DNA of 42,319 nt from assembly GCA_032718475.1 (NCBI GenBank), contig JAUCBJ010009026.1, positions 1-42,319 of the forward strand, in the 5' to 3' direction. A program made the position numbers and the translations under genes. The notes below the pieces were generated by a model. It did not search any database. It saw only the letters and a program-made list of their open reading frames with translations, and had not been told where the DNA came from. Source of the DNA: Nemertoderma westbladi (Eukaryota; Animalia; Xenacoelomorpha). Of the stretch, positions 21,693 through 32,848 are shown one piece after another (positions within the stretch are counted from its first letter, which is position 1; each line of letters starts with the position of its first letter).

Positions 21693-21870
21693 AACAAAAG
21701 TACGCCGTTGCCAAATATTCTAACTGTTTGACAATGGCGCGTTATTACAGTATTACCATCGGCAGACTGGCTGAACGGTGCAGCGGTGTTGTACCAGCCG
21801 TTGCCAGGGAATGCGCAGATGCGCCATTGTCAAACTGTTAGAATATTTGACAACGGAGTGCTTTTGTTGC
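21691..21870. mobile_element. 180-bp MITE-like palindrome
   Basis: About 50-bp inverted arms, GCAACAAAAGTACGCCGTTGCCAAATATTCTAACTGTTTGACAATGGCGC and its reverse complement with few mismatches. Confidence 0.7.
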
Positions 21871-22414
21871 TGCTGTTCTGTGGCAGTGTGATGGTTTCGT
21901 ATCTCCCAGAGTCTGCCAGTTTCCGTCATGTCCGCAGATGGCAGAAAGTGCTTCTGTGAAGTCCGCGAAAGTGGCCCCATCTGCGTGTCAGGCTTCCGTA
22001 GTACTGTAGTAGGCGTATTAGATAATGTAGCAAGATGCCGAATCGTGGGATATGCTGACACGAACCCATGTTACGGTACATGAGCCTAATCAGCTAATTC
22101 CAGTACGCTACAGCAGTAATCTGGCAATTCTAAAATTACTGTATTATATAATTTGTGATTAAACAGTACCGAACTACTGTAGCCCCGTCGTTGATCCCAT
22201 GAAGCCGGAATTTTCGATTTTGCCTTTAAATTTTTTTAAAGGTGTTTGAAAAAAGAGTCTTTTGCGAAATCGCACCCTCCGTATTGTGGCCATTCTTTAC
22301 ATTAGTCGTAATTTTTTTCATATCATTAGAAAGCTTGCGTTGCAAAGATTGAAAATATGTAACAATATCTGAATTTCATTGAGAAACAGCTGAGATATAG
22401 GCGTTCAAAGATTG

Positions 22415-22618
22415 CAAGAAGTATCGTCCGCTGAAGGCAATTTATTCTATTTAATACATACACAATATTCTAGAACGTTATTTTAGTAGGCAACATCGGA
22501 ATGCCTATCCAATAGATCTATTGTGTAGCTACTGTATTCATACTTAAACAAAATGTTCCAGAACATCGTGTATTTAGGGTAAATAGAAGAAATGGCCTTC
22601 AGTGAACAATACTTCTTG
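22415..22618. repeat. Inverted repeat (centre of a palindromic element), right arm cut off by an LTR fragment
   Basis: CAAGAAGTATCGTCCGCTGAAGGCAATTTATTCTATTTA versus the reverse complement of TAAATAGAAGAAATGGCCTTCAGTGAACAATACTTCTTG. Confidence 0.65.
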
Positions 22619-22653
22619 TTCGCGCTTTTAGACCTTTATAACAGTTGAACCTG
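22617..22653 (-). repeat. 37-bp fragment of the BEL/Pao LTR terminus, inverted relative to copy 2
   Basis: TGTTCGCGCTTTTAGACCTTTATAACAGTTGAACCTG versus the reverse complement of the copy 2 LTR end, TGTTCGCGCTTTCAGACCTTTAGCAGTTTAACCTG. Confidence 0.8.
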
Positions 22654-22729
22654 TTAATTTACGTGTCTTGGGCTGCGTATACACCAGTTTTGGCGTGTCA
22701 CGTGTCACGGTTGATGGTTGACGGTTTAC

Positions 22730-25700
22730 GGTTTCAAAGAACTGCCCCTTGGAAATCTCAGTTATCTGAGCGCTCCACAGACGCTACATTTTCCCAAGTG
22801 GAAAGTGAAGCGACGGTAGAGAAGCCGCATAAGAGGGATGCTATTGATATCTATCTGTCGGACTATCAACGTTTTGTAGGAGATGAAGAGTTGAGGAGAA
22901 GGTTAGATGGACTTAGCCCTAACAGTGAAGGAGCCAAGCTTGTGTTGGACGCAATCGATGTGGATATGAGAGCTGCGAACCAAGCTGAATTTGTTGAACG
23001 CCTCCGCATCACTAGAGTCCAAGAAGAACAAGTAAAGAAAAAACGTATAGAAGACAGAAAGATAGCAGCAGCGGCAGCAGCAGAGGCAGAGGCAGAAAGA
23101 AAAGCGGCAGCGGCAGCAGTAGAAGCAGAAAGAAAAGCGGCAGAAGTGGAAAGAAAAGCGGCAGAAGTGGAAAGAAAAGCGGCAGCGGCAGCAGTAGAAG
23201 CAGAAAGAAAAGCGGCAGAAGTGGAAAGAAAAGCGGCAGCGGCAGCAGTAGAAGCAGAAAGAAAGCGAGCAGTGGCAGAAGCAGAACGAAGAGCAGCTGA
23301 AGAGACCACCCAACTGGAGTTGGAGGATATTCAGGAGAGTCGGGACTGCATAAATAAACAGTTAACAGCTAGTCAAATGCAGATGATGAGTCGATCTACT
23401 CCCAAACGACAGGGATATACATCATCTGAGGAAGGCGATACCACCGATACTGAAGGTGGAGGAAATAGATCTCGTCTCAGCAGACGTAGAAGAATGTCCC
23501 ACCGTCAGAAATTGCCTGATTTGCCCCCAGCTGATCGAAAACAACTAGTTAGCACAGACTTAGGTAGTACAGAACCCACAGACCAAATTATTAAAATAGA
23601 CAGACTCCCTACTATAGTAGATGAGCCTGAAATAATTAGGCCTGTTCTCGAATCCACCCCTTCGGTGACTCCCGTGTACTCCCAGAACCTACCTCTAGAT
23701 TCCCTTTGCATAGCACTAAGCTACCTGTGCCCAGCAGAACAGCCCAGGAGACGGTTCATGTTCTGGACTCCGAGCGAAATATTAATGATTTGTCGCCCGT
23801 TTTCCCTCGTCCGCCCGCTACAACGTTGGCGGCTCCCGCTTCGGCGGTCGAGTGGGTGGATGAGAGACGGCGGGGGATGGATCTCCTGCTCGGGCAGATG
23901 CAGGAGACTGTTAAGCAGTTCAAGGGCACAGTAAGGGAAAGTAGGTTAGAGTTGCAAGAAGTGCAGCAAAGTATCGCATTAGAACGCGATAAATTAGTAA
24001 ATACACAAAAGGGTATACCACCACCCCGGTAACAATGTGTCAACCTGTTAGGTCTGAAGTATCTCATGCGCAAGGTGTGGAGCCTACACGCATCTATACT
24101 GCTAGCGAAGTAGAAACTCCTATAGTGAACCCTATTAAGGGTAATTATAAACCTGTTGATAATGATATTCCCTATAGACTTGATCATAATCCGAGAAATT
24201 TATATACCGATAACTCGATATTAAATAACACGATGGCCCAAGAAAGTTTTACGCGTCAAATGGCTAGAACCGAAGCCCGTCAAGCGGTAAAGGTGGGAGA
24301 GATAGTCAAGTTCAATGGAGATGAGATGAAATGGTTACCTTTTAATGAATATTACAAAGATAACATACAGAACTCTGTACTATCTAATGGAGAGAAACTT
24401 AGATTCCTCATCGAGTGCTTGGAAGGATCTCCTAAGTTAATGGCGTTAAAGTTTATTGGACATCCAGATGGATTAAGACAAGTTTGGGATACACTAAACA
24501 TCAGGTATGGTAATAGGAATAACATTGCTAAATATTTATATGCAAAATTAGTAGCGCCCCGAAAGTTCATTAGCAGCGGGATAATAGAGTTTTCCGATGA
24601 GATTCAAGAGATCTGTAGACAATTAGATTGGTTAGGTAAGTCTCATGAATATCAGAGTTCTACGGTTATTGGAGCCGTGGCTTCTACTTTACCGAAGGGT
24701 GGAGTAGGTACACGCTGGGATAAGAAAGTGTTATATATGATGGAACAGCAACGACGAGACCCTACCATGGCTGATCTCATGTCATTCTTAGATGGAGAAG
24801 TGAAATTACAACTCCTAAAGCAGTCCAGAGAGAAGACACCGGAAAACAAGGTAAGTGAGAAACCCGTTTCTAGGAGAAAGGTAACACCAGTGTGTTATAC
24901 AGACGATGGCGAAAGCCAGACTTCTCAAGGAGAGGATAGCGGGAAAGACACTGAAAGATCTTATTATGTCAATAAAACGCCTAAAGAACAGGTAAGTAAA
25001 TTCAAGTCTCGAACCAATGACAGGAGAGAACAGGTAAGAAAAACTCCTCCTACGTCTCACAAGAGAATTCAGGTGAGAAAGCCCGAAGAAAGAACGAGTG
25101 TGCACAATGTTATTCAAAATAAGGTAAGTAACATCAAACCGAAATGTGCGCTATGTGACGGGACCCACCGTTTGAATATGTGTGATGAATTCCTGAAGAA
25201 ATCATTAACGGAGAGACGGGAAGTCATGTGGGATAAGCGGTTGTGTTATAATTGCCTCAGACAAGGACACCAACAGCGAACCTGTTACTCCGCCACAAGG
25301 TGTGCAAAGTGCGGTGCGAAACATCATATCTTGTTGCACACTGAATTCGAACGAAACAGCCCGAGTCAGGTAAGTGATTCCGAACTACATGTCCAATTCA
25401 GTGATGTGAACGACACTGACCAAAGTTCTGAGATGGAAGGATTCTATACGGATGAATTCTCTGACGAAGATGAATCCTGTTACATGATAAATACCGCAGT
25501 GTATCGAGCACTTACGTATGAAAAAGACACAGACAGCGACCTCACCCTAACTACTTCTGATCGACAACCATCTTGGAAAGCGCCAACTTCCAATGTAGGA
25601 ATCCGAGAATTTCCTGTAGTACAGTTAAGGGTCCACGGACCTAAAAGGAGTTATATAGTGAACGCCCTTCTTGACTCCGGTAGTACAGGAACATTCTTCG

Positions 25701-26338
25701 ACAAAGAACTAGCCGAAGACATCTTTGCTGGACAACCCAAGTTCCGAACTAAGCTAAACATGTCAGGAATTATGCAGGTTTGGAAATCTACAGTAATAGC
25801 GGATTATTATGTAGGTGCGTTGTCCACCCCCCAGGATGAACTAGGAGAACATAGTATAAGGTCAGTAAAGATGGTGGCGATAAAGAACTTCGCTACCAGC
25901 CAAGTGGAACCTTATAACTGGGATGAGGACGATTTCACCCAGCAGCTTGAAATACCTAGATTCGCCACCGATTACCCTGGAGTGCAAATACTCATGGGTC
26001 AAAATGCGCATGAAGCGCTCGAGACATTGGAGAAACGGCCTGCTCAACCGCAACCACTACAAGCTTATGCGGGAAGAACTAGAGTGGGTTGGTACTTTAC
26101 TGGCCCTTCCCGTAGAACTCTCATGGAGAGATTACCGAAAGATCAGGTATATCAAGTAAGAGAATGGGAAGTTGAGAGCAGTGAGTTAGACGATCCAACT
26201 GAGGGAACACCATACTCCTCAGATAATGACGATGTCCACCAACACTTCGACGAGGAGAATACCATTGATCTCCTTAAGGAAAACGAGACTTGGCAAAACC
26301 AAGTGAACTTATGTCAGCTCCTTCGTCCATCAGAATGA
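22730..26338 (+). pseudogene. gag-protease of copy 2, N-terminally truncated, with frameshifts near 23670 and 24028
   Basis: ORFs 22645-23934, 23706-24032 and 24035-26338 are successive pieces colinear with the copy 1 Gag. Three knuckles and ALLDSGS are present. Confidence 0.9.
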
Positions 26339-29300
26339 GACGACTATAACGACGAACTTAATGACGTCATTGAACATTATAATGCCAAGACTCGGGATGA
26401 ACACGCCGTACGATTCTTTACTCAAGAGGCTGTAGAGCCCAATTCCTACGATAAGGCCCTATCGGTAGAAGAAGAAAGAGCCAAGCAGATCCAAGAGACA
26501 ACTACACGTTTTCTTAAAGATCAAGGTAGATATGAAATCGGTCTACCTTTCCGAAAGCGAGAACCAAAGTTCATAAACAACAGACCCTTGACGGAGAAAA
26601 GAATTGCTCAACTACATCGACGCCTTACAGCAAATTCTTCAGCTAAAGAAATGTATCAAACGCAGTTGAAGAAATTTATTAGCAAGGGATATGCGGAGCG
26701 AGTACCGGAAGAAACACCTATAACTGAGAGAACGTATTATTTAACTCACCATTACGTTCCCAAACCCGGTAAACCCCATGAGGTACGAGTGGTGTTTGAC
26801 GGCTCTGCCCTCTATATGGGCCAATCCCTTAATTCCGAATTGTTACCCGGACCCAACTTACTCCAATCCTTGTTGGGAATACTCTTAAGATTAAGACAAT
26901 ATTCAATCGCTTTCGCCTCAGATATAGAAGGCATGTTCTTACAAGTCAAGGCGCTGGATAGGGATCGAGATAGCCTACGATTTCTGTGGTGGCCTGAAGG
27001 AGACCTCAACCAAAAACCGGTGGAGTACTGGATGACCATCCAGGCTTTTGGGATAATCTCAAGCCCTTCAAACGCCTGTTCAGTGGTGCGCACCACTGCG
27101 GATGACAACCGAGAAGCCTTCTCTAAAGAGGTGATTGACAACATCAAACGGGATATATACATGGACGACAACCTAAAGTCCCTTCCATCAGTCGAAGAAG
27201 CCATTGATGTCGCTAAAGGAACGGTAGAGTGCTTAAAAAGAGGTGGATTTCGATTAACTAAATTCACCAGCAACTCCCGTGAGTTTCTGGAGTCGATCCC
27301 GGTAGAAGATCGAGGAGCGAAAGACCTAGATCTCATCAAAGATGATCTTCCAGAAACCAAGACACTTGGTTTGAAATGGGACACAGAGAGAGATATCCTG
27401 TTTTTCCAGCTAAAACAGCGAGATAATCCAGTTCGGACTAAACGGATTTGTTTAAGTATCCTGAGCACTTATTTCGATCCATTGGGATTTATTAGCCCAG
27501 TTATATTGATTGCTCGAAGTTTAGTACAACAAATGTGGCTTGAAAACCACTCATGGGACGATCCACTTAAGGGAGAATTATTAAAGAAGTGGATGAAATG
27601 GGAAGATTCTCTACCAGCCATCGAGAACTTTATAATTTCCCGTTCATATTTTGGTCATGTTCTCCCTACATATTCCTATCAACTCCATGTGTTTGGAGAC
27701 GCCAGCGATATGGGAATAGGTATAGTAGCCTACCTAAGAGTGGAAACTCCGGATGGAATCAAAGTCGCCTTGGTTACCTCTAAGGCATTGATAAACAACA
27801 AGTTGAAAGTTCCTCGAGCGGAGTTAAAAGCGGCGCTATACGCTACAGCCATCGGCCGGAATGTAACGGAACAGATCGATTATCCGTTGGAGAAAACTGT
27901 CTATTGGACCGACGCTTTACTCGTGTTGGAGTATATAACCAATGAAGTCTGTCAGTTCAGCGTCTTCGTTACCAACAGAGTAGCCATTATACTTAGTCGC
28001 ACGACGATGGATCAATGGAGACATTGCCCCGGAACGATTAATCCAGCAGACATCGCCTCCAGGGGAGCAACTCCACAAGAACTGGTAGATACTCCAGACT
28101 GGTTAGGTGGGCCCGACTTCCTCTACAAAGAAGAAGAAGAATGGCCTCCTCATCTTACTACAGCAGAGATTAGACAGGCCAAGGGAGCGGAGAAAGTCAA
28201 ACCTAAAACTCGGGCGAGTAAATCGAAGTTATTTAAACCTATGGTAGATCTGTCTGTACTACATACTTCCGGAGACGACGCTTTGGATCAGAAACCCACA
28301 GCCATAAATAAGTCTGTTGTGGAAATCCGTGAGAAGGATTGGAAATCTGGAATACCAGACGTCCCGCAAGGACTCTCACCTCTCCTGCAGAGAGCGATAC
28401 ATCACTACAGTTCCTGGAATCGGCTCTGTAAGGCCGTTACATATTTAAGACGATGTTTTCATCATCACTACTCCGGGACGAAGACCAATAGTGATACCGC
28501 TCCACTGACATCTGTGCAGGTCCATGTTGTTAAAGATCTTCCCAAATATAAGATATCCGACAGGTTTCTGAAGGAGAAGATCAGTTATCAGGAGCATGAA
28601 GAAACCAATAAGCAGATGCTGAGACTCCTGCAATGCTATGAGGATTCCGATAAGTATTTCCTGTTGTTGAGAAATCCACAGATGCGCTTAAGGGATCGTT
28701 TCTCTAGCACAATGATAGATGGGTTGATACGTGTTGGAGGAAGATTAATGAATGCTCCATTATCCTTTGACACTAAGTTTCCCATACTCATTAGAAATCT
28801 TGAGATACAAGTCAAGATGATTGTAGATGTTCACAGCAAACTTTATCATGCTGGTAGAGAACGAGTTCTTAGCGAAATTCGAACTTGCTATTATTTTTAT
28901 AAACCCCGTAGAGCTCTGAACCAAGTTCTTAGGAACTGCATACCCTGTAGGAAAGCATTCAGTAGGCCTTTAACACAGCGAGAGGCAGAATTACCTAGGG
29001 AACGAGTAAGCTTCTATGAACCACCCTTTACTAATACCGGTGTAGATTTATTTGGCCCTATTGAAGTGTATCGTGCTAGGACTATAGTCAAGAGATGGTG
29101 TGTCATCTTTGTTTGTATGACTTGTAGAGCTATCCATCTCGATATGGTGAACGATTTATCTACCAACAGCTTCCTATTAAGCTTACGACGACAGATCGCA
29201 CGCTTTGGCACTAGTAACACGATGAGATCTGATAAGGGAACAAACTTCATTGGTGCCAACAATGAAATCAAAGCTTACGTTAAAGATTGGAACCAAAGAC

Positions 29301-30043
29301 AGGTGGACGATCAGCTAAGGGTAACAGCGTCTAGCTGGACCTTCAACGCCGCCGACGCCCCTTGGTGGGGAGGAAGTTGGGAGAGATTAATTAGGAGCGT
29401 GAAGACCGCATTTCACTTTATAGTGCCGTGCCGCGCCTATCTCACCGACGAACTTTTGCGGACGTTAATGGAGGAGATCGCCGCCTATCTCAACGAGAGA
29501 CCGCTTATGCCAGTCTCATCGAGTCCCGATTCCCTGGAAGCGCTAACACCCGCGCACTTCCTACTGAAGAAACCTGTAGCCATGCTCCCACAATCGGAAA
29601 TCACAGACGGAGACGAATACTGCCGGCAAACTTGGCAACTTATGCAGTTGTTATCCCGTCGTTTCGCTGACCATTTCGAAAAGCACTATCTGCCCACGCT
29701 ACAACTTCGAACGAAGTGGTTTGCGCAGCAAGAAAACGTCAGTGCTGGAGACATGGTCCTTATTGTGGATGCAGATCTTCCACGTAAGCGGTGGCAGACA
29801 GGTCGTATCATTGAGACTCACATCTCGGATGACGGTTTGGTGCGATCGGTAGAACTCGTCGTCATGCGACGTAACTTCAAGAAACCGGGAATTGTCTTCG
29901 AGACACAGCAGCTCAATCGCCCAGTTGGTCGCTTATGTTTACTGGTAAGAGACAGAGAACTCTCCGGAAACTATGGAAGACAAGATACTCTTCCCACGAC
30001 CACCTCCCTAATCCAACAAACATCTAGGGACTCCCCAGCTTAG
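26339..30043 (+). CDS. BEL/Pao Pol: reverse transcriptase, RNase H, integrase
   Basis: Open from the TGA at 26336-26338 in the same frame as gag-PR. RT region: GRYEIGLPF, RVVFDGS, SLNSELLPGPNL, DIEGMFLQV, YMDD. RNase H: LHVFGDAS, PRAEL, WTD, NPADIASRG. Integrase: HHCC zinc finger, GVDLFGP, SDKGTNF, PWWGGSWERLIRSVK, LTPAHFL. Confidence 0.95.
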   Translation, partial: DDYNDELNDVIEHYNAKTRDEHAVRFFTQEAVEPNSYDKALSVEEERAKQIQETTTRFLKDQGRYEIGLPFRKREPKFINNRPLTEKRIAQLHRRLTANSSAKEMYQTQLKKFISKGYAERVPEETPITERTYYLTHHYVPKPGKPHEVRVVFDGSALYMGQSLNSELLPGPNLLQSLLGILLRLRQYSIAFASDIEGMFLQVKALDRDRDSLRFLWWPEGDLNQKPVEYWMTIQAFGIISSPSNACSVVRTTADDNREAFSKEVIDNIKRDIYMDDNLKSLPSVEEAIDVAKGTVECLKRGGFRLTKFTSNSREFLESIPVEDRGAKDLDLIKDDLPETKTLGLKWDTERDILFFQLKQRDNPVRTKRICLSILSTYFDPLGFISPVILIARSLVQQMWLENHSWDDPLKGELLKKWMKWEDSLPAIENFIISRSYFGHVLPTYSYQLHVFGDASDMGIGIVAYLRVETPDGIKVALVTSKALINNKLKVPRAELKAALYATAIGRNVTEQIDYPLEKTVYWTDALLVLEYITNEVCQFSVFVTNRVAIILSRTTMDQWRHCPGTINPADIASRGATPQELVDTPDWLGGPDFLYKEEEEWPPHLTTAEIRQAKGAEKVKPKTRASKSKLFKPMVDLSVLHTSGDDALDQKPTAINKSVVEIREKDWKSGIPDVPQGLSPLLQRAIHHYSSWNRLCKAVTYLRRCFHHHYSGTKTNSDTAPLTSVQVHVVKDLPKYKISDRFLKEKISYQEHEETNKQMLRLLQCYEDSDKYFLLLRNPQMRLRDRFSSTMIDGLIRVGGRLMNAPLSFDTKFPILIRNLEIQVKMIVDVHSKLYHAGRERVLSEIRTCYYFYKPRRALNQVLRNCIPCRKAFSRPLTQREAELPRERVSFYEPPFTNTGVDLFGPIEVYRARTIVKRWCVIFVCMTCRAIHLDMVNDLSTNSFLLSLRRQIARFGTSNTMRSDKGTNFIGANNEIKAYVKDWNQRQVDDQLRVTASSWTFNAADAPWWGGSWERLIRSVKTAFHFIVPCRAYLTDELLRTLMEEIAAYLNERPLMPVSSSPDSLEALTPAHFLLKKPVAMLPQSEITDGDEYCRQTWQLMQLLSRRFADHFEKHYLPTLQLRTKWFAQQENVSAGDMVLIVDADLPRKRWQTGRIIETHISDDGLVRSVELVVMRRNFKKPGIVFETQQLNRPVGRLCLLVRDRELSGNYGRQDTLPTTTSLIQQTSRDSPA

Positions 30044-31767
30044 CAGCGTCTGGAGTGGGTACCTAAAGAGGTGAGGTCTCTATAAGGGTGCCCACAACAG
30101 GTGGCGGCGGACTCGTGAGGGTCTGGGACACGTTAAATTGATTGTGACGCTGCTATAGTGCAAGGGAGTTACTGAAGGCCCTCGTGTCTCGTGAACCATG
30201 AATTAACATGGTGCCGTGGTACCATCTAGTCGGCCTGTTGCCGTACTGCCAGTCCTGTACACAGTAGGGGTGGTGGCATGGCGTGATTTATGGTGTTATG
30301 TGGTGCGAACTGTGTTTTGTATATGGGCGACCAGTGACAGTTAGCTTGCTTTGGGGCTTGGATGTGTGCCATTGACCGTCAGCTGTTCCGTTTTTTTGAT
30401 ACTATATGTTATTGTCTCCATGTTCAGCTGATTGGTCTTTGGGGTGTGTTTGGGCCTGAGATGAGCTTTATGTTGCTGTGGGTGCGTGAGTACACGTGAT
30501 TGTATGTGTGGCCACTGCGAGTGAGTATGGGAACCCTTGCCGGTTGGTCCAGACGCCGCTGGTATTAGTAGGACCATATCTTTACTGCGCCCCAGCATAC
30601 TTTGTGCACACAAAGTTATTTTGCCCTGACGGCAAAATAAGGTATTCTCGACTCTTTTATCAGTCGATACAATTTTGTCCCCTCTGATTTTGTGACCGAT
30701 TCGTCTTTCCCGATTATGTCCTCTGTGTGTGCATGGTATGTGTCCGATTATGTGTTTACCATTGTGTACTTGATTTGTGAACATCTGTTGAGTACACGTG
30801 TACAGTGACTGGTAAGCGGTTACTTGTTCAGTAGCTTTTTAGCTACAGACAGTGTTGTCTTTTCAATACTGCCGGCGAGGCGGGTGAAAACGGTCAATAT
30901 TCCATGTTGGGTAGCGCAAGCCCACTTGGGACAAGACCGTCGGTTTGGCTCAAGGGCGACCTTGATGCTCGATCGCTATCGACTGGTCCACCTGCCGGTT
31001 GACTCTCTGAGTTGGCTCAATGTACAGTCAGGCCACAGTAAGTTGACAGTAGCCGACCATCTGGCTACACCGACGAGCTGTGCCGGTGTGATCGGGGGAT
31101 TGAAAATTGAACCCGGGAAGGATCGGGCTCCTCCGGCCCGGTCTGATAAAAACGGAGTCAGACTGGCCCCAGGGGTGGTGGGACAGCGTCCGCCTCGTGG
31201 GTGCGCCTCGGGGAGGAGCCCAGAAGGACGCAAGCGGTGTGACCATATTATTTTATATTCTTATTATTTTATATTTATGTATGTATTATTATGTAATTTT
31301 ATTATAATCGTTTTCTTTAATTTTATTTAGTAGAATGTTATTTTAGCGATTATTTAGTAGATTAGTGCAATATATATTCGCGTTTATTACTTAATTACTT
31401 ATATATTATATATTTAGTGCGACGGCGAGAAATAATTCTTTTCTCTTTCCTTACTGTCCGTATTACATTAAAAATACGTGACTACAGTAAGATGAAATGT
31501 CCGTACTTATTAAAGTACAATAAAGCTCCTACTATATTCAAGTATTATTGGTAAAGTAGAGTATTAGGAATGCAAAATTCAGATCCTCGTGTCTCGGCTA
31601 AACCAAGCTCTGGGTAGACCTTGGAAACGACTTGCCTCTTCACACTGACATTGCTTCGTGCGATATTGCTCTCATACCGTATATTAAATAATACATATAG
31701 TAGCGTGATGTCCCTTTAACAGTAGCGTACAACGCAAATAAATCTGTTAAACCCTTTGACCATCTGC

Positions 31768-32026
31768 AATTCTAGTCGATTAAGATATCGCGGCACCCAC
31801 CGATATACTTGAAAGACAAAATTCTAGAATCAGTGGTTAACGTCCCCAGACAAGTTCTGGAATAAACTGGTGCCCATCCTAAATATTAATTATTAATATT
31901 TACAAAATCTGTCAAATTTTAGATCCTTTAAAATTCTAGTCTATTAAGATATCGTAGCACTTACCGATATTCTTAAAAAGACCAATTTCCTAGAATCAAG
32001 GATCCCAGTCCCCAGACATGTTCTGG
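31768..32026 (+). repeat. Two copies (period about 164 bp) of a hairpin-rich module in the 3' UTR of copy 2
   Basis: AATTCTAGTC.ATTAAGATATCG...CCGATAT.CTT...CTAGAATC...CCCCAGACA.GTTCTGG at 31768-31860 and 31932-32026. Confidence 0.8.
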
Positions 32027-32848
32027 AATAAAATTGTGTCTATTTAATATTAAATAATAAAATTTACGGGAATAAATTTAAATTCATATTTTAATGAATT
32101 TGATAAATTGTCATTTTTATACAATTTATAACATTCCCAAAATTCCATTAATTAATAGATCATGGGAGCGGAGATTCACCCTATTAAGTGTATTAGTGTG
32201 CGAGAATCTCCAATATATAGTCAATAGCCGATAAAATTCATAAAATCATGTATAAAGAGGATATTGACAATTAAAGAATTACTATTAAATAGCATCCCAG
32301 ATCTGTATGCATGAGAATTACCCTAATTCTACCGCTAGCTTTCCATAATGTCACCATGGCAACAACCACGCTAGAATTAGAAGTGAGTTAAAAGAACAAT
32401 AAAGCTTGCCCATTGAATAGCATAAGGAATAAATAGCACACTGCTAGTATCCCAGGATACCTAATAATAACGTGGCATTCTGGAAGGCACTGACTAACGG
32501 ACAAATGGCCCGAATGTGTGCGATTTGTGACAGTTGTGTGGAATTTGTGCGTTTATAGGTGAATGTTACTACTAAAGTGTGTTTACAGTAGCGAGTCGCA
32601 ATTGTGAAAGTAGCCCTAACTCTCCAGTAAGAACCTGAAGTAAATCTAAGCCTTTGGGACGGACGGTGGAGTGACTCGCGCTGGTTGTTGTGGTCGTTGT
32701 GCAGCTACGACGTTGGCGATAGGCACATCGGCGAAAGTACACCAGCGCTGAGGATCTTGCGCTGTCCGGGGGCCGAGAGGGGTAGGCAGCGACGCTCGCT
32801 AGCCTAAATATAAACTCATTATAATATTGATAAACTCATATAGCAGCT

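Noticed and set aside
22645-22730. N-terminus of the 429-aa ORF as the real Gag start
   Set aside because: It starts at TTG within the LTR fragment and filler; homology to copy 1 Gag begins only at about 22730.
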